Assembly (NCBI GenBank): GCA_964486045.1 | Contig: CAZALK010000016.1 | Coordinates: 32,001-96,000, forward strand | Reading direction: 5' to 3' | Origin: an uncultured archaeon | GTDB taxonomy: Archaea > Asgardarchaeota > Lokiarchaeia > Sigyniarchaeales > SOKP01 | Length of the DNA stretch: 64,000 nucleotides | Shown here: positions 1 through 9,437 of the stretch, in pieces | Layout of the letters: each line of letters opens with the position of its first letter | Numbering within the stretch: position 1 is the stretch's first letter | Translations under genes and position numbers: made by a program | Notes under the pieces: generated by a model | The model's input: the letters and a program-made list of their open reading frames with translations, nothing else | Told to the model about the DNA's origin: nothing | Databases searched by the model: none

Positions 1-507
1 GGTTTATTCCCACAATTAAACTTGAATGATTATAGACGGAATAATTATCGGCCCCCATGGAGTTTGTCCAAATTAGATTGAACCTCCCATCACCATCCGG
101 ACTTCCAGCATCAGTGGATAATGTAAAACTAATAGGTGGTGCATTTGGATCTATTACTGTTAAAGAACGTGATAATGTTCCAACGACATTGCATACGGAT
201 GTAACTTGAATTGTCGTAGCATGTCCTGCTGTAATGCTATAAAAATACATAAAAGTGCTTGTAGTGGGTTGACTTGTATAAGTCGTTTCATTAACTATCG
301 ATCCATTCACTATTATGGATACAGTTTCAATATAATGGGTACTTGGGTGGAAACTCCATGAGTAATGGTGACCGTTAGCTCTTGTGCATTAAAATCATAA
401 GCTAAATTCATAATATTTGCCTGATGTGCCCTTACTTTAGGTGAGTTCAGAAATAAAATAAAAAAGTTTATGAAAATCAGACAAGATATGAGGTTTCGTT
501 TTTTCAT
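1..507 (-). pseudogene. Frameshifted secreted protein: His/Cys-containing N-terminal domain plus a Lokiarchaeia-type extracellular domain; runs off the window edge
   Basis: Signal peptide MKKRNLISCLIF...VRA-H. After ...THGVS (~349) a 1-nt shift gives an open frame to base 1: (D)PSTHYIETVSIIVNG...TSVCNVVGTL...FTLSTDAGSPDGDGRFNLIWTNSMGADNYSVY. Either a real frameshift or an assembly error. Confidence 0.7.
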
Positions 508-673
508 TATTAGAGAGAAATGATGTTTTTTCAGATACTAATATTTCGACATAATTGATATAAAAAAATTCTGATTAAAATTTAAAGGACATTTTGAGAA
601 ATTCTTGAGCTCGATCCCGCATTAACGAGATCTACAGCAAATTTTTTGTAATAATAAAGATTAGAATTGATTT

Positions 674-1150
674 CTAGTGGATAATAAAGTGTTTTTTCCT
701 TTTTTCTTCATATTGCTGGTGGTATTCTTCTGCTTCCCAAAAATCAGAGGCGGGAACTATTAGAGTCACAATTGGTTTTTTAAAGCGTTTAGATAAATCA
801 AGCCTGGCTTTTGAGTTTATTGCTTTTTCTTTTTGTAACGAGTTAAGGTAGAAAATAGCAGATCGATATTGTGGACCAACATCAGGACCTTGACGATTCA
901 ATGTTGTCGGATTGTGGATCGTCCAAAATACATCTAATAATTCATCGTACGATACTTTAGATGGATCAAATGTAATTTCGATGGCTTCCGCATGACCAGT
1001 TTTATGAGAACATACATCTTTATACGTTGGTTTGGTGAATTTACCTCCAGTATATCCCACTCGTGCAGAGATAACACCCGAAACTTTTCTGAATTTTGCT
1101 TCTACACCCCAGAAACAACCTGCAGCAAAAATCGCTTTTTGAGTCACCAT
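674..1150 (-). CDS. msrA: Peptide-methionine (S)-S-oxide reductase
   Basis: GCFWG active site, GHAE, QYRSAIF and AEEYHQQY motifs. Confidence 0.97.
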   Translation of the reverse strand: MVTQKAIFAAGCFWGVEAKFRKVSGVISARVGYTGGKFTKPTYKDVCSHKTGHAEAIEITFDPSKVSYDELLDVFWTIHNPTTLNRQGPDVGPQYRSAIFYLNSLQKEKAINSKARLDLSKRFKKPIVTLIVPASDFWEAEEYHQQYEEKRKKHFIIH

Positions 1151-1301
1151 ACTATTTTCTTAAATTTCTGAAAGTTAAACCTAAGCCTAATTTTGTATAA
1201 ATTTAGAATAGAAATTAGATTTTTCAAATAAGTAGGTAGAAAAAATAAATTTACTGGTTATAAGGCATTACTTATAATAGGAGAAACATCTTGTTAGTTC
1301 T

Positions 1302-1700
1302 ATGGAGTCGAAAATGTCGAAAGATAAATGGAAAAAGAAATTAACGAAAAAACAATACCATGTTCTCCGTGAGAAAGGAACAGAACTCGCCTTTACCGGA
1401 AAATATTATAGTCATCATGAAAAAGGTACTTATAATTGTGCAGGTTGTGGAGCACCTCTATTTTCTTCTGATGAAAAGTTTGATTCTGGAACTGGATGGC
1501 CAAGTTTTGAAAGACCATATGATGAGGCTAATGTCGATGAAAAACTAGATGAAAGCTATGGTATGAAACGCACGGAAGTTCTCTGTAGTAACTGTGGAGG
1601 GCATTTGGGACATGTTTTTAACGACAATCCAAACCCTACACACTGTCGATATTGTATTAATTCAATTTCCTTAGATTTTCAGCCCGTTAAGAAGGAATAA
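1302..1700 (+). CDS. msrB: Peptide-methionine (R)-S-oxide reductase (Zn-type)
   Basis: GTE, CAGC/CSNC zinc ligands, GTGWPSF, HLGHVF, RYCINS; divergent from msrA. Confidence 0.97.
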   Translation: MESKMSKDKWKKKLTKKQYHVLREKGTELAFTGKYYSHHEKGTYNCAGCGAPLFSSDEKFDSGTGWPSFERPYDEANVDEKLDESYGMKRTEVLCSNCGGHLGHVFNDNPNPTHCRYCINSISLDFQPVKKE

Positions 1701-1840
1701 TAGATTAAACTAATTTTTATAAATTAAACGTATAATTATTTATATGTGGATATCATCTTATTAACACATATAAAAGATTGATGTAGTAGTGATAGAAAAC
1801 GATCGTTCTATTATCTTTTTTTCACACAAGAATAGGTCCA

Positions 1841-2593
1841 TTGATATTTCATTCTTATCCCCCAAATCAAGTAGGGGTGGAAATTTCAGATAGGCTGTAT
1901 GATGTAATGACTCAACAGAAGGGGGAAGAATTCTTCATGCATTCTTTTGAAGAACTTAAATTTTTTAATTATTACTTTCAAATCCCCTCAGATTGGGCTC
2001 GGGGTTTCAGAGAAATGTTGATGGTGTCAATAATTATTTATCACCAAATAACTCCGGAAATTGAGGAAAGTATAGCATATTTATGCAGAAAATTTGCTGA
2101 AATGATGCTTTCAAATGAAGATGTGTATACAGGGTTTTATATAAATGAATTAAATAATTATGATGACATTGATAAAGAGAAAATAAAAAGAAATGAGCGA
2201 TTAATTAAAGATGAGATAAGAGAATTATATTGGGAAACTATAGAGGAAATGCGAAAGAAATCGGAGGAACAGAAATTAACACAGTTAGAAAACGACAGAT
2301 ATATTTTCGAATCCTTAGAACAGATGTCGAGTGAATTAAAAATAATAAGCAAAGAGATTGAAAGTAGTGAGAATAGCCTTAAAACGAACCCTAATGTAAA
2401 AGGTTCGATTTCCAATTTAAATAAAATTATAAATGATTTATATGGAGGCTTTATAGAAAAAATGACTATACTAGACTTTGAAGAGGAAAATGATTTATTA
2501 GCTACAAACGATGAATTAGAAATCGATAATCAAGAAAGAAGAAAAGAGTTATTGAAACTCTTAGAGGGAGAAGTCTCAGAAGAAAAAGAATAA
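1841..2593 (+). CDS. uDENN/longin-like N-terminal domain plus acidic coiled coil
   Basis: The frame is open upstream of the TTG as IVLLSFFHTRIGPLIFHSYP, resembling the FHxxxGP start of uDENN domains. The true start is probably earlier: ATC 1802, or GTG 1789 with one extra A. Confidence 0.6.
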   Translation: MIFHSYPPNQVGVEISDRLYDVMTQQKGEEFFMHSFEELKFFNYYFQIPSDWARGFREMLMVSIIIYHQITPEIEESIAYLCRKFAEMMLSNEDVYTGFYINELNNYDDIDKEKIKRNERLIKDEIRELYWETIEEMRKKSEEQKLTQLENDRYIFESLEQMSSELKIISKEIESSENSLKTNPNVKGSISNLNKIINDLYGGFIEKMTILDFEEENDLLATNDELEIDNQERRKELLKLLEGEVSEEKE

Positions 2594-2600
2594 AATAAAA

Positions 2601-3032
2601 ATGAAAACAAATACTATAAAAATGTCAGAGGAAGAACTTAGAGCACAAGAGCTTAGGGATAAAATTAATAGGATCGCTATTAAAATAGAAAATTTAGAAG
2701 AAACCGCGAAGAAAAAGAATTCCTATATCGAAGACCTAATAAATAAGGAATTTAATCCAAAAATTAGAGAAGTTGAAATAAAATTGCAGAAACAACAAGC
2801 TAAATTAGATGATTTTGTTAGTAAGATCGATGATTTTACCTCAAAAAAGAAAGAATTAATTCCTATTATAAAAAAATTAGAGCAAGAGTATAATCTTTTA
2901 AAGAAAAATAACAAGAAATCTATAAAAGAGAATTTTAGGTCAATCGCTAAAGAAAAGAGAACTAAAACGAAAGAAATCGACCGAGATATTAAATTGTTAG
3001 AACGAGAGTTAAAATCAGAGCAGAGTAAATAA
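2601..3032 (+). CDS. Coiled-coil hypothetical protein
   Basis: K/E-rich heptads; 7 nt downstream of the previous gene. Confidence 0.75.
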   Translation: MKTNTIKMSEEELRAQELRDKINRIAIKIENLEETAKKKNSYIEDLINKEFNPKIREVEIKLQKQQAKLDDFVSKIDDFTSKKKELIPIIKKLEQEYNLLKKNNKKSIKENFRSIAKEKRTKTKEIDRDIKLLERELKSEQSK

Positions 3033-3044
3033 ATTTATCTTATT

Positions 3045-3443
3045 TTATTTTTCCAGTAGTTCTTTTAACGGCTCCCAATAATATGTATTCCACCCTTCTT
3101 TTACTGATTCAATTGCCCCTTCAGGAACATCGACATGCGTAAAGTTTATTGACGTTCCCTCATCTGTTGGTTCTAGAATTAGAGTAATCGTGGAATAATA
3201 CCCTTTTGGCCAATTTTCACCTTCACTTCTCCATGTTTGCACTATTTTTTGATCTTGAATTAATTCAACATTTTTCCCATTTATAGATCCCTCAAAAACG
3301 GAAAAGGATCCACCAATATCACGGCTTATTTTTGCTTTACCTTCTGTAAATTTAGAATGTATCTTTGAACTCATGAAGGCTTCATAAAGTTCGTGGGGTG
3401 TGCATTTAATTGTTAAATCTTGTTTAATAACTAACTTTTTTAT
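3045..3443 (-). CDS. SRPBCC / Aha1 (AHSA1)-like domain protein
   Basis: GGSFSVFEGSING, KIVQTWR, GWNTYYWEPLK. The frame extends 23 codons upstream of ATG 3374 to ATA 3443 (IKKLVIKQDLTIKCTPHELYEAF). Confidence 0.88.
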   Translation of the reverse strand: MKKLVIKQDLTIKCTPHELYEAFMSSKIHSKFTEGKAKISRDIGGSFSVFEGSINGKNVELIQDQKIVQTWRSEGENWPKGYYSTITLILEPTDEGTSINFTHVDVPEGAIESVKEGWNTYYWEPLKELLEK

Positions 3444-3932
3444 AGTTTATCACTTCTGTATTCATTCTAGAAGAGATTAATTCTTTCCTCATTAAAACAT
3501 TTTGTTATAAAATAATCATTTTTGAAAGTTGTGAGATAAAAAACTAATAATCGGTTAATTTTCTCTACTAATTTTAACTTAAATTATTGTTGTTACTCAT
3601 CGAAAAAGCGATGAAATATATCTTGTTTGATTTATTTGATATATTGAAAAAAGAGTGGAACAGGATAAAGTTCGATATTTCTTTATTGAATGATTTATCT
3701 GAGAGTTTTGATTAGTTAAATTTATGTTTTCATCAATTATAATGAGAATAACAAAGTTTAAATAGTTCTTTAGATATCTAGATTATACATCTATCTTTAA
3801 AAGTAATGGTAAAAAATTGGACGGCAAAGGACAGCGTTTAAAGAAAATTAAATTAAACCTCTTTGTCTTTTCATTGAAGAAAAATCATAACAAGAAGTTT
3901 GAGGGGTGGCTAATTCGATATGACGGATTAGC

Positions 3933-4124
3933 ATGTCAATTTTATATCAAAGGAAAAGAAGAAAAAAAACAAAATATCCACGCAGTAGAGTTAGCAGAAA
4001 GGTAATTCACAGGCAAAGGATAAAAAAAAAAATCCTTAAATCTCGTGGATGGAAATTAAATTATCCAGACTTGTATGAACTAATTGAAATATACCCATAT
4101 ATAGTTAAAAAAGGGGAGAAATAA
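3933..4124 (+). CDS. Small, highly basic hypothetical protein
   Basis: ATG start, R/K-rich, followed by a T-rich tract; no recognisable family. Confidence 0.4.
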   Translation: MSILYQRKRRKKTKYPRSRVSRKVIHRQRIKKKILKSRGWKLNYPDLYELIEIYPYIVKKGEK

Positions 4125-4334
4125 AAGCTAAAACCCTAATTTTTTTTTAAATTTACTTAAAATTAATTCCTTTTAGTTATATGAAAATATTGAAAAGATT
4201 TGATAAATGTCTTTTAAGTCATGTGAAAAAAGGACAAAACTGTAAGATTTATATTCTTAGATTAACTCTTAAAATCTGAGGTAATAGGTAGATAAAATAG
4301 GCAATTTAATTTTATTAAGAATGCATTTATAGCA

Positions 4335-4928
4335 ATGAAGAGAGTCTCAAAATTATTGAATATTTGGAATAAGATATTATCGCGAAAAAGAAGGAAGGTT
4401 ATCTTTAAACCACCCTATAGTTATGATCATACATTTAAAATTATGCTTTTGGGGGAACCGGGAGTAGAAAATACATCCTTAGCTCAAAGATATTGCTTAG
4501 ACATTTTTAGCCCATCAAAGAGGTCAACTGTGGGAGTGGATTTTTATGTTAAAACAATAGAATTACAAGAAAAGAAAATAAAATTACAAATTTGGGATAT
4601 AGGAGGTGAGGAAAGATTCAGATTCCTCATACCAACATACTGTAATGGAGCAAATGCAGCCATTATCATACTGGACATTACTAATTCTAAATCTTTGAAT
4701 AAAATTTCAGAGCTGACTAAAATTTTAAAGGAAAAAGAAAGTGAGATTCCAATTATGTTAATTGGTGATAAGTTAGATTTAGAAGAATTTCGTGAGTTGA
4801 ATAGAGAAGAAGGGATTAGAATCGCTAAAAAATATAATTTATCTAGTTATAGCGAAATTTCAATAAAAACTGGTCAAAATATAGAAAAAATATTTGAAAA
4901 TCTTACAGAAGTTCTGCTAAATCAATGA
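4335..4928 (+). CDS. Rab-like small GTPase with degenerate nucleotide-binding motifs
   Basis: STVGVDF, IKLQIWDIGGEERFR and YCNGA are Rab-like; G1 is GEPGVENT, G4 is GDKLD, G5 is SIK. Confidence 0.85.
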   Translation: MKRVSKLLNIWNKILSRKRRKVIFKPPYSYDHTFKIMLLGEPGVENTSLAQRYCLDIFSPSKRSTVGVDFYVKTIELQEKKIKLQIWDIGGEERFRFLIPTYCNGANAAIIILDITNSKSLNKISELTKILKEKESEIPIMLIGDKLDLEEFRELNREEGIRIAKKYNLSSYSEISIKTGQNIEKIFENLTEVLLNQ

Positions 4929-5059
4929 AATGGATTAACAATTCATAAAAATTCTATATTATTTATATCTTTTTTTGAGTTATAATTATAATCACACGTT
5001 TTCCTTATTTTCATTTCAATAAAATATAAAAACGTGTCTTCCCTTCTAAACAGTTAACT

Positions 5060-5692
5060 ATGGACCAAAAAAAGTTAAAAGTAATAGTTTACTCGGATTA
5101 TATCTGTCCTTTTTGTTATATTGGTTTCCACCGGATTGAGAAACTCAAAGAACAATTCAATCTCGAAGTAGAATGGGAACCATTTGAACTTCACCCAGAG
5201 ACCCCGAAGGAGGGGTTTAAGATGGAAGGGATATCTATTCCTCCAGAATATTTAAAGATGGTAATGTTAAATGTGAAGAGATTAGCTGATGAAGATGGGC
5301 TTAATATTAAATTTTCTGGAAAGTTACCAAATTCACGATTAGCCCTATTTATCTCTGAATTTGCAAGAAAGGAGGGAAAATTTGACGAGTTTCATAAATT
5401 AGTATTTGAAAAGTATTGGAAAGAGGGAAAAGACATTGGAGATCTTCCTATACTCCTAGATCTAGCAGATTCAATCGGATTAAATAGAGAGGAAATATTA
5501 AACTATATTGAAAGTGATGAACCAATCAACAGGTTGAATAAAAATATGTTTGAATTAGGAAGGCGTGGGATTAATGGCGTTCCAACTTTTTTAATAGGCA
5601 ATCAATTCGTAATCGGTGCTCAGCCATACGAAGTTTTTGAAAATGTCATTGACAATAACTTAATTATGATGAAAAGAATTAAATCAAATTAA
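5060..5692 (+). CDS. DsbA/FrnE-family thiol oxidoreductase
   Basis: YSDYICPFCYIG, PFELHP, GINGVPTF, GAQPYE. Confidence 0.92.
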   Translation: MDQKKLKVIVYSDYICPFCYIGFHRIEKLKEQFNLEVEWEPFELHPETPKEGFKMEGISIPPEYLKMVMLNVKRLADEDGLNIKFSGKLPNSRLALFISEFARKEGKFDEFHKLVFEKYWKEGKDIGDLPILLDLADSIGLNREEILNYIESDEPINRLNKNMFELGRRGINGVPTFLIGNQFVIGAQPYEVFENVIDNNLIMMKRIKSN

Positions 5693-5904
5693 CTTTTGAA
5701 GTCAGCAAATGACTAAGTATTTTCATCACTGTATTCAGAATATTTATAGATAATTATGTTTTTCATCCACCTTGTCAATTATAAAAAAGAAAGCATATTA
5801 AAGAATTATAAAGCAAAAGACCAATTATTATATTTTCAAAATGGTTCGATCAATTAAGCATATGTTATATATTAAAACTTAATAGAACTGAAAAAGGGAT
5901 AAAA

Positions 5905-6360
5905 ATGCATCAAAAAGTTGTTCCATCTAGAAGAAAACCTAAGGATGATAAGGGATATTTTGAACTTTTGAGTAAAGCAGTTTTTAATGCAGGATTTTCT
6001 TATCAAGTTGTGAGGAATAAATGGGAGGGTATCAAAGAAATCTTTCAGGAGTTTGAACCGGAGATACTCTCAAATTGGACTATTGATGAAATTTCAGTAG
6101 CACTAGAATCTCCAAAAATAATTCGAAATTCAAGAAAAGTCACCGCAATTGTGTCAAACGCTAATGTGTTCTTAGAAATAGTAAAGACATTTGGTTCATT
6201 CGATAACTATCTGAAATCAATTCAAGATAAAACCTATGAAGAAAAACAGACGATATTATCAAAGCAATTTAAATGGTTAGGACCAACCGGAGCGTATTTC
6301 TTTTTATGGTCGATTGGAGAAGATGCACCTCTGTCTGGAGAGGATATCAAAAGACACTAA
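5905..6360 (+). CDS. tag: DNA-3-methyladenine glycosylase I family (short form)
   Basis: DDKGYFELLSKAVFNAGFSY, IIRNSRKV, FKWLGPTGAYFFLWSIG. Confidence 0.85.
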   Translation: MHQKVVPSRRKPKDDKGYFELLSKAVFNAGFSYQVVRNKWEGIKEIFQEFEPEILSNWTIDEISVALESPKIIRNSRKVTAIVSNANVFLEIVKTFGSFDNYLKSIQDKTYEEKQTILSKQFKWLGPTGAYFFLWSIGEDAPLSGEDIKRH

Positions 6361-6783
6361 ATCTCTCAGTCATATTCAATCACAATTCTTAATTTTTCAA
6401 ATTTACTACTATTTTCTAGAATTTGATAAGATAGATTCATCTAAATAGTGATTACTTATCCTATATTAACAAATTAAACGATAACTAACAAGGTATAGTA
6501 TAATAGAGAAAACTCCTATTAATTACTAATTTGTTATGCATCTTTTAATGGATGTGAGAGAATTAATCTTGTTTCCTCATTCAACAAATAAATCTAAGCA
6601 CTTCGAAATAATTTGTAAGTAACTAATTTTCATTAAATCACAAATTAAAGTGGAATCGGGAAGATATAAGAATTCTTCCTTGCCTTAAAAATTTAGGAGG
6701 AAATTAAAGAATCCACAGATAAAAATAAGGTATTATAAATGATAAACCATTCAGAAGGAATAAGACACTGAAAAAAATAAACA

Positions 6784-6936
6784 ATGCCTGTTTGCGAAAA
6801 CTGTGGAAAAGAAATCGTGAATAATAAGTGGAAAAAAGAGTATCACCACATCAATATAGCTCAAAAACCAGAAAAGCATTTTTTCTGTTCCAGTAAATGT
6901 AAAGTAAGGTGGATTTTTAATCTTACGGCTAATTGA
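6784..6936 (+). CDS. Small TRASH/zf-FCS-type metal-binding protein (50 aa, not in ORF track)
   Basis: MPVCENCGKEI...HFFCSSKCKVRWIFN: CxxC...FCSxxC. Confidence 0.75.
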   Translation: MPVCENCGKEIVNNKWKKEYHHINIAQKPEKHFFCSSKCKVRWIFNLTAN

Positions 6937-6993
6937 TTATAATCAATTAATAAGTGCTTGTAACATAGTAAAATATCCTGAGATAGAATTTTT

Positions 6994-7226
6994 ATGAATA
7001 CTACAATCCATTATTTTACAGGTACGGGAAATTCATTACAAATTGCGAAAATATTCGTAATAAGTTAGTGGACTGTAAGCTAATACCTATTGCTAAAGTG
7101 TGGCAAATTAAAGATCTTAAGGCGACAAGCGAAAAAGTGGGATTTGTCTTTCCATTATACTGGTCGGAATTACCAAAGTATCATCCTGATGTTAAACTTC
7201 AAGATATAGTAAACCAGAAAGAATAA
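6994..7226 (+). pseudogene. EFR1-family flavodoxin/ferredoxin relic, frameshifted and internally deleted
   Basis: MNTTIHYFTGTGNSLQIAK, frameshift in the A-run near 7050, then ...VGFVFPLYWSELPK joined directly to a family-like C-terminus YHPDVKLQDIVNQKE. Confidence 0.75.
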
Positions 7227-7235
7227 TAAATTACA

Positions 7236-7928
7236 TTATGAAACTATAAATTCTTCCATCATTAATGTCATATAACCTTCATATTCAGGACAATTAAGCA
7301 TTTTTATTGATTTTCCTTTGAAGCAACAATAATCTGGGATATCTGTCATGAATAAATTTTGAATGAGTATTAAAAGATTAAGATATTCTTGTTTTGAGAC
7401 ATCTTTTAATAACTTTTCAGTGATTTCAATAATTAGTTTATGGATCCATGTTTGGTTCTCATAGTTTCCAGATGAGGATGTATTATAAATTTCAAGAATT
7501 TCGTCATAGTAATTAGTTTTAAGTCTTAACACGCTTTTAATAGTAGTTATAATATCCTGAATTTTAAAAGGTTTTTCCAGAAAATTAACAGCCCCAACCA
7601 TTATAGCTTCTTCTCTTATATGAGGATCTGCACTTATAAAAATGATTTTAGCGCTTGCATTAAGTTGTAAAATTTCCTTAGTGGCCTCTATTCCGTTTTT
7701 TATTGGCATCCTGTGATCCATTAAAATTATATCGGGGATTTCACCAGAATTTTTAAAAAAAGCTTTAAACTTATTCACAGCTTCTTTACCATTTTCTGCA
7801 GAATCTAATACCTTAAAACCTTGCATTTCAAGAAAGCCTGTATAAAGAGCAATTGCTGCTATGTCATCATCGACAATGAATACGGTAGGTTTTAGATTCC
7901 CTATAATTTTTTGTGCTTTAATTACCAT
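7236..7928 (-). CDS. Response regulator receiver protein with unknown C-terminal domain
   Basis: IVDDD, ILMDHRMP (phospho-Asp), FISA, LEKPF. Confidence 0.9.
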   Translation of the reverse strand: MVIKAQKIIGNLKPTVFIVDDDIAAIALYTGFLEMQGFKVLDSAENGKEAVNKFKAFFKNSGEIPDIILMDHRMPIKNGIEATKEILQLNASAKIIFISADPHIREEAIMVGAVNFLEKPFKIQDIITTIKSVLRLKTNYYDEILEIYNTSSSGNYENQTWIHKLIIEITEKLLKDVSKQEYLNLLILIQNLFMTDIPDYCCFKGKSIKMLNCPEYEGYMTLMMEEFIVS

Positions 7929-8193
7929 ACGTCCTCTTTAGATTATTTTAAAAAGTATACGCCTTTAAGCACAAATACTTAATATGCATCCGAATTCTTT
8001 AAATAAAGATTTAAAGCACTGTTTCCAACTTTTTTGATTGTACATTTTGATAATTTCCTTTAGAATATTCTGATTTTATCATTAATTCTTTAAAATCTAC
8101 CATTATTTTTCATGATGCAAATTTTTATGACATATATTGAAAATTTTGTTTTATATTTCTATAATATTTTTTTTTCATATTTAAATTTATCCC

Positions 8194-8307
8194 TTTCCAA
8201 ATTTGAAAAAATGATAATGTTACCTTTTAAACCACCATTTCTAAAATTTCCTTAATTTAGGATGATGATTTTTCAAAATTTAAATTTTCGTTTTCCAAAA
8301 ATGAAAA
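8194..8307 (+). promoter_or_regulatory. Two copies of an imperfect palindrome TTTCCAAAWWTGAAAA (candidate operators)
   Basis: TTTCCAAATTTGAAAA at 8194-8209 and TTTCCAAAAATGAAAA at 8292-8307; the second abuts a TATA-like TTTATTTA upstream of the wHTH gene. Confidence 0.4.
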
Positions 8308-8338
8308 ATTTATTTACTTAAATAACTATTAATTTTAT

Positions 8339-9337
8339 ATGGAAGATAAAGTTAAGTTCGGGGGTGATAAGACTTTTAATGAAAAAATTATGACCTATTC
8401 AATAGCTGATTTTATAGATCTTTCTTTGGTTGAAGTGTTGACGTTACAATTACTTTTAAGACATAAAGAACCCGTTGTAAGACACACATTATTTTTAGAG
8501 GTTACTCAATTTCTTCAAAGTGAGAGATCTTCATTCGATTCTTTTGATTCACCAAATTTATCCTCGAGTGAAAAACGGTATCTTCAATTTCTCAAGAATA
8601 AGAAAAAGCTTTCTACTTCAAGCTTTTATAATAACATTAAAATTTTAGAAAAAATGGGCCTTATTTCATGTAAACATAATGTTAAAGGCAAGGTTGAAGC
8701 TATAGAAACAACAGATTTAACGGGACCTTTTATGAATGTAACTCTTCAACATTTTATTAATTTTGGAGTGAGAGCTGAAGAATCTGTCATGCATTCAATG
8801 AAGAAAGCTATAATGGAGAAAATTAAGAAGACAAACTTTGAAAGTATCCTTGTTATTTGGCTCAATGAATTTTTCAATCTTCAAATAATTCGAATAGCTT
8901 ATGAAATGTCTGAATCATTGTTTATTCTATCCAGAAATGATTTTTCTAAAGATTTAATAAATAGAGGGTTAAAAAATGTTAACTTTTCTTCAATATATAA
9001 TCGGAAGATTAGGGAACCGAATGAGGCATTTGATGTGGTTTTTTTTCCTTTTTATTATAAAAATTCAAAGACATTTGGTTTAAGTAAAATAGATCTTCTT
9101 AAAGAAGCGAGAAGGGTTTTAAAAAAGACGGGTGTAGTTATAATTACTGTTCAAAGTAAACTCCCAAAAGTTGAGGGATATATTGCCAGTAAGATTTTAG
9201 AGTTATATGAAAGATCAAATTACCATACAATATATGAAATCGATGAGTTAGAAAGAGATTTTAACGAAGCAAATTTCTCAAAATGGGAAATATTCGAAGA
9301 TTTTGGGGATCTTATCGGAATTGGATGGGTAAATTAA
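8339..9337 (+). CDS. Winged-helix regulator fused to a methyltransferase-like domain
   Basis: N-terminal LSTSSFYNNIKILEKMGLI recognition helix; C-terminal PNEAFDVV...LKEARRVLKKTGVVII class I MTase elements without a GxGxG motif I. Confidence 0.7.
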   Translation: MEDKVKFGGDKTFNEKIMTYSIADFIDLSLVEVLTLQLLLRHKEPVVRHTLFLEVTQFLQSERSSFDSFDSPNLSSSEKRYLQFLKNKKKLSTSSFYNNIKILEKMGLISCKHNVKGKVEAIETTDLTGPFMNVTLQHFINFGVRAEESVMHSMKKAIMEKIKKTNFESILVIWLNEFFNLQIIRIAYEMSESLFILSRNDFSKDLINRGLKNVNFSSIYNRKIREPNEAFDVVFFPFYYKNSKTFGLSKIDLLKEARRVLKKTGVVIITVQSKLPKVEGYIASKILELYERSNYHTIYEIDELERDFNEANFSKWEIFEDFGDLIGIGWVN

Positions 9338-9437
9338 GTTTAGCTCACTCCATATCACCACAATGAATATATATTTAAAAAAACTAATATATTGATAATA
9401 ATTAGATAAAACAAAATTCCTAACAAAATCAATACAA

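Noticed and set aside
3817-4005. 62-aa ORF
   Set aside because: TTG start, overlaps 3933..4124, no motif
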